A DNA stretch of 63,687 nucleotides, counting the filler, from Sphacelaria rigidula (lineage: Eukaryota): the NCBI GenBank assembly GCA_964200075.2. It is 11 parts of 11 records of this genome, joined end to end, with 100 filler letters (N's around TTAATTAATTAA, not from the genome) between each part and the next. Parts side by side here need not be neighbours in the genome. Positions count along the whole stretch, not along the records: positions 57,990 to 63,687 come from CAXNAA020025161.1; 10 more parts are not named here. One strand, written 5' to 3'. Numbering within the stretch: position 1 is the first letter of the stretch; every line of letters begins with the position of its first letter. A program made the position numbers and the translations under genes. The notes below the pieces were generated by a model. That model was not told the origin of the DNA and ran no database searches. It worked only from the letters and a program-made list of their open reading frames with translations. Shown piece by piece: positions 61,574-63,687 of the stretch.

Positions 61574-61723
61574 GCTTTGGGCAAGTACCTGAAGAGGAAC
61601 ATGGCGAGTGTGAGCGGACGCAAGCTTCCCCAAAACACGTACGACGCTGTGGTGAAGCTGTGCGAAGACGAATCCAACACGGTGTTCATCGTGTCCGGTC
61701 TCAACGACAAGGGTCTCATGCAT
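61574..61723 (+). CDS. TPS: TPS/TPP next exon (ALGKYLKRNMASVSGRKLPQNTYDAVVKLCEDESNTVFIVSGLNDKGLMH)
   Basis: TAG acceptor, GTGAGA donor, phase 0 join to the previous exon; LCxDxxNTVFIVSG is HAD motif II of TPP domains. Confidence 0.9.
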
Positions 61724-61788
61724 GTGAGAGAGAGTCGAGAGTATGACAGATGCTTTTACCGACAAAATGTGCATTTTTTTTATGGTGT

Positions 61789-62149
61789 AGGGGGGAGGGG
61801 TGTACTCATGAGGGGGGAGGGGGGGGGGGGTGTACTCGTAATCTTGCATGCCATAGTCGTAAGACCATCGACCTCGCATCCCTAAAAAGACGGGACAGAG
61901 CACGCCGGGGTTTCGCCGGACAAGGCCCGCACTTGATCTCTAAGCGCGTAGTGTCGTGGTGTGCTCGGCGAGTCGCATCAAGGGTGAGCGGCATCCTGCT
62001 ATGATATCCGGCCCGAGGGGAAGTGATTATCTTGCATTTGGATGGCAGCTTACAATGTGTTGCTCTACTTTCTGGTATCGCCACTTCCAGGGACAGCCAC
62101 GACCTATGCACTGCCTCATGGGTGTCTCACCATGTGGTAGAGGAGGGGG
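61789..62149 (-). mobile_element. Family A copy plus an adjacent 10-nt micro-copy
   Basis: AGGGGGGAGGGG|TGTACTCATG|AGGGGGGAGGGG, then G-run + TGTACTCGTAATCTTGCATGCC...CCTCATGGGTGTCTCACCAT + G-rich end. Confidence 0.8.
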
Positions 62150-62596
62150 TTAAAGGCATGGTTTGGTCCCCGAGATACCCCAAAGGCGTTGAACCCTAGA
62201 GTTGTGAATCCCCCTCAGCGATTTTGGGTAGGGGACCTGGACTTCCCAGAAATAAGAAAGAGGTATACCAGTAGTCGGGTAGAGGAGATGGTAGATGCAC
62301 AGAATTGCCCCTGTGGCAAAGAGTAGAGAGTGGAACTCACAGAGTGGGAGAATGTGACCCTGCAGTCAAGTGCGAGCGTAGTCAGTATGTATGCTGTATG
62401 TCTTCGCTGGACATAACGACAATAAAGAGTCAGCGTGCCGTCGTTATCCATTGAATGAACATGGCCCACTGCACGCTGCTGATGTATCTGCCTCGTGCTC
62501 CACAACAACACGACAGACAGTGTGAAGCCGTGCTAGCAATACAAAAGGGGTCAGGCAGGCAAAGTAAAGAACGCCTTATTTGTGTCCACGTTATTT

Positions 62597-62646
62597 ATGG
62601 TTGAATGGTGATCATGGTTGAATGGTGATCATGGTTGAATGGTGAC
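62597..62646. repeat. 17-bp tandem repeat x3
   Basis: ATGGTTGAATGGTGATC. Confidence 0.9.
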
Positions 62647-63687
62647 CAAAATGATCAAATACAGCTAGACTGCCAGGTAATCGAGCTCAGTCCATCTGGG
62701 GTGCTCATTCTGTCCAATCACAGCTTTCGAAATGGTCACTCTGCTTCTTTGGCGCCTCGTTCCTGGCTTAGAATTTTCCGTGAAAAACTTCCACACACAC
62801 ATGGTTGACTTGAGGCGCTTTTCGGCTGCTGTGCGAACAGCCACCCCCCACCCCCTGTCAAAGTTTCCCCCCGCGGAAACCCCCGGATGTTCCTGGACTG
62901 TCAGCTTGTAACAACATTTCGAGGCGACGCTCACAGCCAAAGGGTCAACACAGGGAGTCCGCCTTCTTCGACAGTGCTCAGAAGAGCATGTCACATATGA
63001 GCGGAAGAAGGATCATGACACCAAAAGCGTTCGTAAGTATCAATGAAGTATACTCAGTTGCCGAACAACTCCAAACGTTTCGGGTGACGGGGACAAAAAC
63101 AAGTCTTTAGTCAGTGCCTGGGTGGACGGGGGGGGGGGGGGGGGGGGGGGGCAATTGTAGGCCTCAAGCAAGAAGCTGCCAACCTTATTGCCGACTTTTT
63201 TTTGCCTCCACACCAAAACATTGGGAAATTGTGTTTCCTTTTTGTGGCTGATGGCGTCAGGCTGTGGGAGAGGTGCCCGGACTCGGCCTCGCTGCGAACA
63301 ATGGCTTGGCTTTCTCCTGGCCCAGCAAGAAGGGGCTGGAGCGCCGCTGGGAGGTATGTATGTATATCTAGATATGCCATCCATGGAACGATTATACTGG
63401 TTTTAGTGTTCAGTGAACAGAATGATCTGTCTAGCACAGATCAACCGTGCTGCTGTTATGAGATATGCAATGAGTGAATGAATCTGTCGGGCTTTTCCGT
63501 GTCGCTTGAGATCTCTTGTGTTGCCACGTGACCGAACAGCAAGCTTTTTCTTTTGTCTCACTTTTGCAAGAGTCGGACAAATCAATGATTCGTCTGGAAA
63601 TTACTTGGTTTGAAATGACTTATGAGGTGTAGCATAGGCGGGAGGCCTTGCCGACGATGAAATACCGCCACTCGTTATGTTGTTTTA

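Overview
This window is not one locus. It is 11 unrelated short contigs (nine of 5,699 bp, two of 5,698 bp, apparently sorted by length) joined by artificial 100-nt N44-TTAATTAATTAA-N44 linkers. The DNA is eukaryotic, with short exons in long GT-AG introns and very dense repeats. Gene structure and protein style point to a stramenopile, most likely a brown alga (inference). Recognisable gene pieces are five consecutive in-phase exons of a TOR kinase, two exons of a TPS-TPP trehalose enzyme, first coding exons of COG8 and of a DEAD-box helicase (probably DDX55/Spb4), a PhoD-like exon, a Cys-rich repeat protein and a signal-peptide exon. Most of the rest is mobile DNA: a decayed RTE-type LINE, a tRNA-derived SINE family, and pogo, hAT, PIF/Harbinger and piggyBac non-autonomous elements. 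The most unusual signal is a set of about 12 short repeats whose fixed end is (A/C)TGAGTAC(A/G) followed by an oligo-C run. Several copies have ~12-bp target-site duplications built on C-runs, and the RTE LINE's 3' UTR ends in the same motif. This suggests a LINE/SINE system that ends in and targets poly(C)/poly(G) tracts instead of poly(A). All alignments were done by eye and no database search was possible.
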